DNA of 64,000 nt from Eledone cirrhosa (Eukaryota): contig OZ024743.1 in NCBI GenBank assembly GCA_964016885.1, forward strand, positions 62,558,001-62,622,000, read 5' to 3'. Positions 15,001 to 26,100 of this stretch are shown here, one piece after another. A program made the translations under genes and the position numbers. Below the pieces are notes generated by a model that saw nothing but the letters and a program-made list of their open reading frames with translations, had not been told where the DNA came from and did no database searches. Every line of letters starts with the position of its first letter. Within the stretch, counting starts at the first letter, position 1.

Positions 15001-18000
15001 TTGCAGTAGTAGTAGTTGTTGTAGTTGTTGTTGTTATAGTAGTCATTGCTGTAGTAGTAGTTGTTGTAGTTGTTGTTGTTATAGTAGTCATTGCTGTAGT
15101 AGTAGTTGTTGTAGTTGTTGTTGTGATAGTAGTCATTGCTGTAGTAGTAGTTGTTGTTATAGTAGTCATTGCTGTAGTAGTAGTTGTTGTAGTAGTAGTT
15201 GTTGTAGTTGTTGTTGTTATAGTAGTCATTGCTGTAGTAGTTGTTGTTGTAGTTGCTGTTGTTATAGTAGTCATTGCTGTAGTAGTAGTTGTTGTAGTAG
15301 TAGTTGTTGTAGTTGTTGTTGTTATAGTAGTCATTGCTGTAGTAGTAGTTGTTGTTATAGTAGTCATTGCTGTAGTAGTAGTTGTTGTAGTAGTAGTTGT
15401 TGTAGTTGTTGTTGTTATAGTAGTCATTGCTGTAGTAGTAGTTGTTGTAGTTGTTGTTGTTATAGTAGTCATTGCTGTAGTAGTAGTTGTTGTAGTAGTT
15501 GTTGTTATAGTAGTCATTGCTGTAGTAGTAGTTGTTGTAGTAGTTGTTGTTATAGTAGTCATTGCTGTAGTAGTAGTTGTTGTAGTTGTTGTTGTTATAG
15601 TAGTCATTGCTGTAGTAGTAGTTGTTGTAGTTGTTGTTGTTATAGTAGTCATTGCTGTAGTAGTAGTTGTTGTAGTTGTTGTTGTTATAGTAGTCATTGC
15701 TGTAGTAGTAGTTGTTGTAGTAGTTGTTGTTATAGTAGTCATTGCTGTAGTTGTAGTTGTTGTAGTAGTAGTTGTTATAGTAGTCATTGCTGTAGTAGTA
15801 GTTGTTGTAGTTGTTGTTGTTATAGTAGTCATTGTTGTAGTAGTAGTTGTTGTAGTTGTTGTTGTTATAGTAGTCATTGCTGTAGTAGTAGTTGTTGTAG
15901 TAGTAGTTGTTATAGTAGTCATTGCTGTAGTAGTAGTTGTTGTAGTTGTTGTTGTTATAGTAGTCATTGCTGTAGTTGTAGTTGTTGTAGTTGTTATTGT
16001 TATAGTAGTCATTGCTGTAGTAGTAGTTGTTATAGTTGTTGTTGTTATAGTAGTCATTGCTGTAGTAGTAGTTGTAGTTGTAGTTGTTGTTATAGTAGTC
16101 ATTGCTGTAGTAGTAGTTGTTGTAGTAGTAGTTGTTATAGTAGTCATTGCTGTAGTAGTAGTTGTTGTTGTTGCTGTTGTTATAGTAGTCATTACTGTAG
16201 TAGTAGTTGTTGTAGTTGTTGTTATAGTAGTCATTGCTGTAGTAGTAGTTGTAGTAGTAGTTGTTGTTATAGTAGTCATTGCTGTAGTAGTAGTTGTTGT
16301 AGTTGTTGTTGTTATAGTAGTCATTGCTGTAGTAGTAGTTGTTGTTGTAGTTGTTGTTATAGTAGTCATTGCTGTAGTAGATGTTGTTGTAGTTGTTGTT
16401 GTTATAGTAGTCATTGCTGTAGTAGTAGTTGTTGTAGTAGTAGTTGTTGTTATAGTAGTCATTGTTGTAATAGTAGTTGCTGTAGTAGTTGTTGTTATAG
16501 TAGTCATTGTTGTAGTAGTAGTTGTTGTAGTTGCTGTTGTTATAGTAGTCATTGCTGTAGTAGTAGTTGTTGTAGTTGCTGTTGTTATAGTAGTCATTGT
16601 TGTAGTAGTAGTTGTTGTTGTAGTAGTTGTTATAGTTGTTGTTGTTATAGTAGTCATTGTTGTAGTAGTAGTAGTTGTTGGAGTTGTTGTTGTTATAGTA
16701 GTCATTGTTGTAGTAGTAGTTGTTGGAGTTGTTGTTGTTATAGTTGTTGTTGTTATAGTTGTTGCTGTAGTAGTATTTGTTGTAGTTGTTGTTGTTATAG
16801 TAGTCATTGCTGTAGTAGTAGTTGTTGTGGTTGTTGTTGTTATAGTAGTCATTGCTGTAGTAGTAGTTGTTGTAGTTGTTGTTGTTATAGTAGTCATTGC
16901 TGTAGTAGTAGTTGTTATAGTTGTTGTTGTTATAGTCGTCATTGTTGTAGTAGTAGTTGTTGTAGTTGCTGTTGTTATAGTAGTCATTGCCGTAGTAGTA
17001 GTTGTTGTAGTAGTTGTTGTTATAGTAGTCATTGCTGTAGTAGTAGTTGTTGTTGTAGTTGTTGTTATAGTAGTCATTGCTGTAGTAGTAGTTGTTGTTA
17101 TAGTAGTCATTGTTGTAGTAGTAGTTGTTGTAGTAGTTGTTGTTATAGTAGTCATTGCTGTAGTAGTAGTTGTTGTAGTTGTTGTTGTTATAGTAGTCAT
17201 TGCTGTAGTAGTAGTTGTTGTAGTTGTTGTTGTTATAGTTGTCATTGCTGTAGTAGTAGTTGTTGTAGTTGTTGTTGTTATAGTAGTCATTGCTGTAGTA
17301 GTAGTTGTTGTAGTTGTTGTTGTTATAGTAGTCATTGCTGTAGTAGTAGTTATTGTAGTTGTTGTATTTATAGTAGTCATTGCTGTAGTAGTAGTTGTTG
17401 TAGTTGCTGTTGTTATAGTAGTCATTGTTGTAGTAGTAGTTGTTGTAGTAGTTGTTGTTATAGTAGTCATTGATGTAGTAGTAGTTGTTGTTGTAGTTGT
17501 TGTTGTAGTAGTTGTTGTTATAGTAGTCATTGATGTAGTAGTAGTTGTTGTTGTAGTTGTTGTTATAGTAGTCATTGCTGTAGTAGTAGTTGTTGTAGTT
17601 GTTGTTATAGTAGTCATTGCTGTAGTAGTAGTTGTTGTTGTAGTTGTTGTTATAGTAGTCATTGCTGTAGTAGTAGTTGTTGTAGTTGTTGTTATAGTAG
17701 TCATTGCTGTAGTAGTAGTTGTTGTAGTTGTTGTTGTTATAGTAGTCATTGCTGTAGTAGTAGTAGTTGTTGTAGTTGCTGTTGTTATAGTAGTCATTGC
17801 TGTAGTAGTAGTTGTAGTAGTTGTTGTTATAGTAGTCATTGCTGTAGTAGTAGTTGTTGTAGTTGTTGTTGTGATAGTAGTCATTGCTGTAGTAGTAGTT
17901 GTTGTAGTTGCTGTTGTTATAGTAGTCATTGTTGTAGTAGTAGTTGTTGTTGTAGTTGTTGTTATAGTAGTCATTGCTGTAGTAGTAGTTGTTGTAGTTG

Positions 18001-21000
18001 TTGTTGTTATAGTAGTCATTGCTGTAGTAGTAGTTGTTGTAGTTGCTGTTGTTATAGTAGTCATTGCTGTAGTAGTAGTTGTTGTAGTTGTTGTTGTTAT
18101 AGTAGTCATTGCTGTAGTAGTAGTAGTTGTTGTAGTTGTTGTTATAGTAGTCATTGCTGTAGTAGTAGTTGTAGTAGTAGTTGTTGTTATAGTAGTCATT
18201 GCTGTAGTAGTAGTTGTTGTAGTAGTTGTTGTTATAGTAGACATTGTTGTAGTAGTAGTTGTTGTTGTAGTTGTTGTTATAGTAGTCATTGCTGTAGTAG
18301 TAGTTGTAGTTGTAGTTGTTGTTATAGTAGTCATTGCTGTAGTAGTAGTTGTTGTAGTTGCTGTTGTTATAGTAGTCATTGCTGTAGTAGTAGTTGTTGT
18401 AGTAGTTGTTGTTATAGTAGTCATTGCTGTAGTAGTAGTTGTAGTAGTTGTTGTTATAGTAGTCATTGCTGTAGTAGTAGTTGTAGTAGTTGTTGTTATA
18501 GTAGTCATTGCTGTAGTAGTAGTTGTTGTAGTAGTTGTTGTTATAGTAGTCATTGCTGTAGTAGTAGTTGTTGTTGTAGTTGTTGTTATAGTAGTCATTG
18601 CTGTAGTAGTAGCTGTTGTAGTTGTTGTTGTTATAGTAGTCATTGCTGTAGTAGTAGTTGTTGTAGTTGTTGTTATAGTAGTCATTGCTGTAGTAGTAGT
18701 TGTTGTAGTTGTTGTTGTTATAGTAGTCATTGCTGTAGTAGTAGTTGTTGTTGTAGTTGTTGTTATAGTAGTCATTGCTGTAGTAGTAGTTGTTGTAGTT
18801 GCTGTTGTTATAGTAGTCATTGCTGTAGTAGTAGTTGTTGTAGTAGTTGTTGTTATAGTAGTCATTGCTGTAGTAGTAGTTGTTATAGTTGTTGTTGTTA
18901 TAGTCGTCATTGTTGTAGTAGTAGTTGTTGGAGTTGTTGTTATAGTAGTCATTGTTGTAGTAGTAGTTCTTGGAGTTGTTGTTGTTATAGTAGTCATTGC
19001 TGTAGTAGTAGTTGTTGTAGTTGTTGTTGTTATAGTAGTCATTGCTGTAGTAGTAGTTATTGTAGTTGTTGTTGTTATAGTAGTCATTGTTGTAGTAGTA
19101 GTTCTTGGAGTTGTTGTTGTTATAGTAGTCATTGCTGTAGTAGTAGTTGTTGTAGTTGCTGTTGTTATAGTATTCATTGCCGTAGTATTAGTTGTTGTAG
19201 TAGTTGTTGTTATAGTAGTCATTGCTGTAGTAGTAGTTGTTGTTGTAGTTGTTGTTATAGTAGTCATTGCTGTAGTAGTAGTTGTTGTTATAGTAGTCAT
19301 TGTTGTAGTAGTAGTTGTTGTAGTAGTTGTTGTTATAGTAGTCATTGCTGTAGTAGTAGTTGTTGTAGTTGTTGTTGTTATAGTAGTCATTGCTGTAGTA
19401 GTAGTTGTTGTAGTTGTTGTTGTTATAGTAGTCATTGCTGTAGTAGTAGTTGTTGTAGTTGTTGTTGTTATAGTAGTCATTGCTGTAGTAGTAGTTGTTG
19501 TAGTTGTTGTTGTTATAGTAGTCATTGCTGTAGTAGTAGTTATTGTAGTTGTTGTTGTTATAGTAGTCATTGCTGTAGTAGTAGTTGTTGTAGTTGCTGT
19601 TGTTATAGTAGTCATTGTTGTAGTAGTAGTTGTTGTAGTAGTTGTTGTTATAGTAGTCATTGTTGTAGTAGTAGTTGTTGTTGTAGTTGTTGTTATAGTA
19701 GTCATTGTTGTAGTAGTAGTTGTTGTTATAGTAGTCATTGCTGTAGTAGTAGTTGTTGTAGTTGTTGTTATAGTAGTCATTGCTGTAGTAGTAGTTGTTG
19801 TAGTTGTTGTTGTTATAGTAGTCATTGCTGTAGTAGTAGTTGTAGTTGTTGTTGTTATAGTAGTCATTGTTGTAGTAGTAGTAGTTGTTGTAGTTGTTGT
19901 TATAGTAGTCATTGCTGTAGTAGTAGTTGTTGTTGTAGTTGTTGTTATAGTAGTCATTATTGTAGTAGTAGTTGTTGTAGTTGTTGTTGTTATAGTAGTC
20001 ATTGCTGTAGTAGTATTTGTTGTTGTAGTTGTTGTTATAGTAGTCATTGCTGTAGTAGTAGTAGTTGTAGTTGTTGTTGTTATAGTAGTCATTGATGTAG
20101 TAGTAGTTGTTGTTGTAGTTGTTGTTGTAGTAGTCATTGCTGTAGTAGTAGTTGTTGTTGTAGTTGTTGTTATAGTAGTCATTGCTGTAGTAGTAGTTGT
20201 TGTAGTTGTTGTTGTTATAGTAGTCATTGCTGTAGTAGTAGTAGTTGTAGTTGTTGTTGTTATAGTAGTCATTGTTGTAGTAGTAGTAGTAGTTGTTGTA
20301 GTTGTTGTTATAGTAGTCATTGCTGTAGTAGTAGTAGTTGTTGTAGTTGTTGTTATAGTAGTCATTGCTGTAGTAGTAGTTGTTGTTGTTGCTGTTGTTA
20401 TAGTAGTCATTGCTGTAGTAGTAGTTGTTGTAGTTGTTGTTGTTATAGTAGTCATTGCTGTAGTAGTAGTTGTTGTTGTAGTTGTTGTTATAGTAGTCAT
20501 TGCTGTAGTAGTAGTTGTTGTTGTTGCTGTTGTTATAGTAGTCATTGCTGTAGTAGTAGTTGTTGTAGTTGTTGTTGTTATAGTAGTCATTGCTGTAGTA
20601 GTAGTAGTTGTAGTTGTTGTTGTTATAGTAGTCATTGCTGTAGTAGTAGTTGTTGTAGTTGCTGTTGTTATAGTAGTCATTGCTGTAGTAGTAGTTGTAG
20701 TAGTTGTTGTTATAGTATTCATTGCTGTAGTAGTAGTTGTAGTAGTTGTTGTTATAGTAGTCATTGCTGTATTAGTAGTTGTTGTAGTTGTTGTTGTTAT
20801 AGTAGTCATTGCTGTAGTAGTAGTCGTTGTAGTTGTTGTTGTTATAGTAGTCATTGTTGTAGTAGTAGTTGTTGTAGTTGTTGTTGTTATAGTAGTTATT
20901 GTTGTAGTAGTAGTTGTTGTAGTTGTTGTTGTTATAGTAGTCATTGTTGTAGTAGTAGTTGTTGTTGTAGTAGTTGTTGTTATAGTAGTCATTGCTGTAG

Positions 21001-23465
21001 TAGTAGTTGTTGTAGTTGTTGTTGTTATAGTAGTCATTGCTGTAGTAGTAGTTGTTGTAGTTGTTGTTGTTATAGTAGTCATTGTTGTAGTAGTAGTTGT
21101 TGTAGTAGTTGTTGTTATAGTAGTCATTGCTGTAGTAGTAGTTGTTGTAGTAGTTGTTGTTATAGTAGTCATTGTTGTAGTAGTAGTTGTTGTTGTAGTT
21201 GTTGTTATAGTTATCATTGCTGTAGTAGTAGTTGTAGTAGTAGTTATTGTTATAGTAGTCATTGCTGTAGTAGTAGTTGTTGTAGTAGTTGTTGTTATAG
21301 TAGTCATTGCTGTAGTAGTAGTTGTTGTAGTTGTTGTTGTTATAGTAGTCATTGTTGTAGTAGTAGTTGTTGTTGTAGTTGTTGTTATAGTAGTCATTGC
21401 TGTAGTAGTAGATGTAGTAGTTGTTGTTATAGTAGTCATTGTTGTAGTAGTTGTTGTTGTTGTAGTTGTTGTTATAGTAGTCATTGTTGTAGTAGTTGTT
21501 GTTGTAGTTGTTGTTGTTATAGTAGTCATTGCTGTAGTAGTAGTTGTTGTAGTTGTTGTTGTTATAGTCGTCATTGCTGTAGTAGTAGTTGTAGTAGTAG
21601 TTGTTGTTATAGTAGTCATTGTTGTAGCAGTAGTTGTTGTAGTAGTTGTTGGTATAGTAGTCATTGCTGTAGTAGTAGTTGTTGTAGTAGTTGTTGTTAT
21701 AGTAGTCATTGCTGTAGTAGTAGTTGTTGTAGTAGTTGTTGTTATAGTAGTCATTGCTGTAGTAGTAGTTGTAGTAGTTGTTGTTATAGTAGTCATTGCT
21801 GTAGTAGTAGTTGTAGTAGTTGTTGTTATAGTAGTCATTGTTGTAGTAGTAGTTGTTGTTGTAGTTGTTGTTATAGTAGTCATTGTTGTAGTAGTAGTAG
21901 TTGTAGTAGTTGTTGTTATAGTAGTCATTGTTGTAGTAGTAGTTGTTGTAGTAGTTGTTGTTATAGTAGTCATTGTTGTAGTAGTAGTTGTTGTTGTAGT
22001 TGTTGTTATAGTAGTCATTGCTGTAGTAGTCGTTGTAGTAGTTGTTGTTATAGTAGTCATTGTTGTAGTAGTTGTTGTAGTAGTTGTTGTTATAGTAGTC
22101 ATTGCTGTAGTTGTAGTTGTTGTAGTTGCTGTTGTTATAGTAGTTATTGCTGTAGTAGTTTTTGTTGTAGTAGTAGTTGTTGTAGTAGTCATTGCTGTAG
22201 TAGTAGCTGTTGTAGTTGTTGTTGTTATAGTAGTCATTGTTGTAGTAGTAGTTGTAGTAGTTGTTGTTATAGTAGTCATTGCTGTAGTAGTAGTTGTAGT
22301 AGTTGTTGTTATAGTAGTCATTGCTGTAGTAGTGGTTGTAGTAGTTGTTGTTATAGTAGTAGTTGTTGTGGTAGTAGTTGTTGTAGTTGTTGTTGTTATA
22401 GTAGTCATTGCTGTAGTAGTAGTTGTTGTAGTAGTTGTTGTTATAGTAGTCATTGCTGTAGTAGTAGTTGTAGTAGTTGTTGTTATAGTAGTAGTTGTTG
22501 TGGTAGTAGTTGTTGTAGTTGTTGTTGTTATAGTAGTCATTGCTGTAGTAGTAGTTGTTGTAGTAGTTGTTGTTATAGTAGTCATTGTTGTAGTAGTAGT
22601 TGTTGTAGTAGTTGTTGTTATAGTAGTCATTGCTGTAGTAGTAGTTGTTGTAGTAGTAGTTGTTGTAGTAGTCATTGCTGTAGTTGTTGTTGTTGTAGTT
22701 GTTGTTGTTATAGTAGTCATTGCTGTAGTAGTAGTTGTTGTAGTTGTTGTTGTTATAGTAGTCATTGCTGTAGTAGTAGTTGTAGTAGTTGTTGTTATAG
22801 TAGTCATTGTTGTAGTAGTAGTTGTTGTAGTAGTTGTTGTTATAGTCGTCATTGTTGTAGTAGTAGTTGTTGTAGTAGTTGTTGTTATAGTAGTCATTGT
22901 TGTAGTAGTAGTTGTTGTTGTAGTTGTTGTTATAGTAGTCATTGCTGTAGTAGTAGTTTTTGTAGTAGTTGTTGTTATAGTAGTAGTTGTTGTAGTAGTT
23001 GTTGTTGTTATAGTAGTCATTGCTGTAGTAGTAGTTGTTGTAGTTGTTGTTGTTATAGTAGTTATTGTTGTAGTAGTAGTAGTTGTAGTAGTTGTTGTTA
23101 TAGTAGTCATTGTTGTAGTAGTTGTTGTAGTAGTTGTTGTTATAGTAGTCATTGCTGTAGTAGTAGTTGTTGTAGTAGTTGTTGTTATAGTAGTCATTGT
23201 TGTAGTAGTAGTTGTTGTTGTAGTTGTTGTTATAGTAGTCATTGCTGTAGTAGTAGTTGTAGTAGTAGTTGTTGTTATAGTAGTCATTGCTGTAGTAGTA
23301 GTTGTAGTTGTTGTTGTTATAGTAGTCATTGCTGTAGTAGTAGTTGTAGTTGTTGTTGTTATAGTAGTCATTGCTGTAGTAGTAGTTGTAGTAGTTGTTG
23401 TTATAGTAGTCATTGCTGTAGTAGTAGTTGTAGTTGTTGTTGTTATAGTAGTCATTGTTGTAGTA
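1..23465. repeat. Satellite/minisatellite array, consensus ~42 bp GTTATAGTAGTCATTG(C/T)TGTAGTAGTAGTTGTTGTAGTTGTT; continues beyond the left edge
   Basis: Hundreds of tandem copies anchored on ATAGTAGTCATTG. Length variants (30, 39, 45, 57 bp) differ by whole triplets. Confidence 0.98.
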
Positions 23466-23752
23466 AGATTCACTTTGTTGGGTTTTAACTCAGGGTGTAG
23501 AGAGCTAGAACAGATAATTGTTTCTACTTTAGGCACAAGGCTAGCAATAACCCAGAGCATTACTGGTACTTTATTTTATCGACCCCGTAACTATGAAAGG
23601 CAAAGTTAACCTCGGCGGATTTGAACTCAGAATGGCAAGGGCCGTAACTCTATACGTCAAAGCATGGCATCCGACCCTCTACCGATACTGCCAATCCACC
23701 GAGAACAGATAATGCCACGCATTTTATCTAATAACTCTGCCAATTCACCGCC
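23466..23752 (-). mobile_element. Old tRNA-derived SINE head, interrupted by a younger SINE and truncated at the satellite
   Basis: With the insert removed, the minus strand reads GGCGGTGAATTGGCAGAG...CTGAGTTAAAACCC (A/B-box-like), similar to the SINE heads at 34274 and 37567. Confidence 0.6.
23519..23701 (-). mobile_element. tRNA-derived SINE, family 1
   Basis: Reverse complement of the copies at 34274/34794. A box TGGCAGTATCGGT, B box GAGTTCAAATCC. 12-bp TSD AGAACAGATAAT at 23507-23518 and 23702-23713. Confidence 0.9.
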
Positions 23753-23869
23753 ATCAGTCTGAGAGTAGCTTACTTCCTTTGCTCACTAATAGGGAGGGGA
23801 GGGGATAAAAAGCAGTTATGTCATATAAAAAATAATTTTAAGGTTACTTTAAGAATAGTTTTGTACAAT

Positions 23870-24325
23870 TATCTGGTCATCCCAGTTGCCTCCTATGCCA
23901 GTAAAATATGGAAGATGACAGCAGAACTTTCCTACAAGCTAGAAATATTCCACTAGAAGTGCCTCTGAAAAATTTTTACCATCTCTTATCAAGACAAAAT
24001 AACGAATGAAAAAGTGTATGGAAGAACCAACCAGAAACCACTAAGCATTACAGTGAAAGATCGTCGTCTGAGATTTCTTGTACATATCTTTAGAATGCCA
24101 TCAATAAGACACACAAGGCTCTCCCTTGACTGGAAGCCAGAAGGTGAAAAAAGGAAACATGGACGCCCATTAACAATATGGAAGAGGACAGTTGTGAAGG
24201 ATCTAGATGCAAAAGAGCTGAGCTGGGGAGATGCCAAAACTCTTACAGAAGACTGCAGAGGGTAGAGATCTTTTGTTGCTGCCCAATGTTCTATGTGGTA
24301 TAGGAGGACTTAACTAACTAACTAA
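23870..24325 (+). mobile_element. Degenerate 3' fragment of an RTE-type LINE
   Basis: RRLRFLVHIFRM...WKPEGEKRKHGRP..WKRTV C-terminal motif, followed by a (TAAC)n tail. Confidence 0.75.
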
Positions 24326-24344
24326 ATAATAGGTTAAAGATTAA

Positions 24345-24468
24345 AGTTTATCCCAAGCCCAGAGGTCATCAGACCAGAACTTATCCTCGTTTCATTGGCA
24401 TTAAGCAACTAAAAGTAGTCCATTACAGTCATAAGCCCAACATCCTAACCATTAGGCTAAGCACCTTT
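24345..24468 (-). mobile_element. Internally deleted SINE (family 2-like head, tail shared with 37420-37490)
   Basis: The reverse complement matches the head GGTGC..GGCTTAGTGGT and the tail GATAAG...CTGATGA seen in the 37197 copy. Confidence 0.5.
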
Positions 24469-24481
24469 ACATTTAATAAAT

Positions 24482-24737
24482 AACTGGCACTCTGTCTGTT
24501 ATGACGACGAGTGTTTCAGTTGATCTGAACAATGGAACAGCCTGCTCATGAAATTTATGTGCAAGTGGCTGAGCATTCCACATAACATAGTTCTGAGGGA
24601 GATTCAGCGTGACACAGAATGTGACAAAGTTGGCTCTTCGAATTATAGATAGAACCCATCTTTGCCAGCTGAGTGGACTGGAGCAACGTGAAATAAAGTG
24701 TCTTTCTCAAGGACACAACACGCCGCTAGGAATCTAA
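24482..24737 (-). mobile_element. SINE family 2 body
   Basis: Minus strand GTGTTGTGTCCTTGAGAAAGACACTTTATTTCACGTTGCTCCAGTCCACTCAGC, homologous to 25476-25800. Confidence 0.75.
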
Positions 24738-25003
24738 ATCTCTCACTTCTTTTTCTCTCCCACTTCTTTCTCTCTCTCTCTGTCACTTCTGTTTCTCTCT
24801 CACATCTTTCTTTCTCAGTTTATCTCTCTGAAAGAAATCGGCTGTGTTGTGACATGAGGAGGGACTTAAAACATATGGTGTTACAGGACATGGTAGAGGA
24901 GTTTAAGATAAAATAAACATTAGCATTAATCAACAAAAGGCTGTATTTAATATAAGGTTGTAACCTTTCCTTGAGCGATACACTTATGAAATCTTATTTT
25001 TAG

Positions 25004-25119
25004 ATAGAGACATAAGACATACCAGCAGCTTCAGAAAGAGCAGCAAAACAGAGCCAGTAGCACCACCAGCAGCACCAGCTAAGGTGCAAATTAAGTTTGC
25101 CCTTACCAATGAAACATGA
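25004..25119 (+). other. Possible terminal coding exon of an unknown host gene
   Basis: CTTATTTTTAG acceptor, then open frame ..RDIRHTSSFRKSSKTEPVAPPAAPAKVQIKFALTNET-TGA, then AATAAA at 25134. No homology recognised. Confidence 0.2.
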
Positions 25120-25210
25120 TGAGGTGAAATATCAATAAACTATTTATTTCTGTGACAGTATCAGCTTTGTATTTGTTTCATAATTAACAATAAGTCATTA
25201 TTTACTATAT

Positions 25211-25380
25211 CAGTATCGGTAGAGGGTCGGACATGCTTTCCAGCGTAGTTACATCCCATTACGATCTGAGTTCAAATCTCGCCGAGGTTAACTTTGCCTT
25301 TCATCCTTACGGGGTCAATAAAATAAAGTACTAGTAATGTACTGGGTAATTGCTGGCCTTGTGCCAAAAGTAGAAATAAT
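25211..25380 (+). mobile_element. SINE family 1, 5'-truncated
   Basis: CAGTATCGGTAGAGGGTCGGAC...GAGTTCAAATCTC...GCCTTTCATCCTTACGGGGTC...AGTAGAAA. Confidence 0.9.
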
Positions 25381-25475
25381 TATTTAGTATATTTAAACTC
25401 TAGATAATCATTTATTTCTTCATATGGTTTAACCCTTCACCATCAACTGACTTAACATAATAATGTAGTTAGATG

Positions 25476-25800
25476 TGTGAAAGTGCATGGCTTAGTTGTT
25501 AAAGTGTTTGACTAAAGACTGTAAGGTTATGAGTTAGATTCCTGGTGGTCTGTTGTATCTTTCAGCAAAACACTTCATTTTATGTTGCTCCAGTTTACTT
25601 ATTTGGCAAAAATTAGTTGTACCTGTACTGCAAAGGGCCATCCTTCTTACACACCATGTTACACCGAATCCCTCTGAGAACTATGTTAAAGGTACATGTG
25701 TTAGTGGAATGCTCAGCCATTTTCAGGTTAATTTCATGAACTGCTCCATTGTTTGAATAACTGGAACACACATCATTGGAACTAATGGAGGTCCAACATC
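25476..25800 (+). mobile_element. SINE family 2, degenerate
   Basis: tRNA-like head GTGCATGGCTTAGTTGTTA; body homologous to the reverse complement of 24482-24737. Confidence 0.7.
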
Positions 25801-25968
25801 CATACTTAGATGTTTAGTGCTAGCAACTCAAAAATCTCAGAGTAAGGTTTTGCAAACTGTTGCTTGGAACATAACACAATTTCTTATATAAAATTATGTT
25901 GGAAGGTTTTTAGATAAATATAAACACTCCCAAACAAACAGATTTCTATCATAAACCAAGGGGCAATT

Positions 25969-26100
25969 GTAAGTAGTTTGTAATGGTAAGTAGTTTGTAA
26001 TGGTAATTGTAAGTAGTTTGTAATGGTAAGTAGTTTGTAATCGTAATTGTAAGTAGTTTGTAATGGTAAGTAGTTTGTAATGGTAAGTAGTTTGTAATGG
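25969..26100. repeat. 17/23-bp minisatellite GTAAGTAGTTTGTAATG(GTAATT)
   Basis: About seven direct tandem copies. Confidence 0.9.

Noticed and set aside
1-23465. CRISPR-like array (constant motif plus variable spacer) or telomeric repeat
   Set aside because: The variable parts are only GTA/GTT permutations, there are no cas genes, the context is eukaryotic, and there is no TTAGGG.
1171-23609. Giant poly-Val (+) and poly-Thr (-) ORFs as protein genes
   Set aside because: GTN/ACN repeats are stop-free by construction; their non-repetitive termini lie in SINE sequence; no signal peptide or domain.
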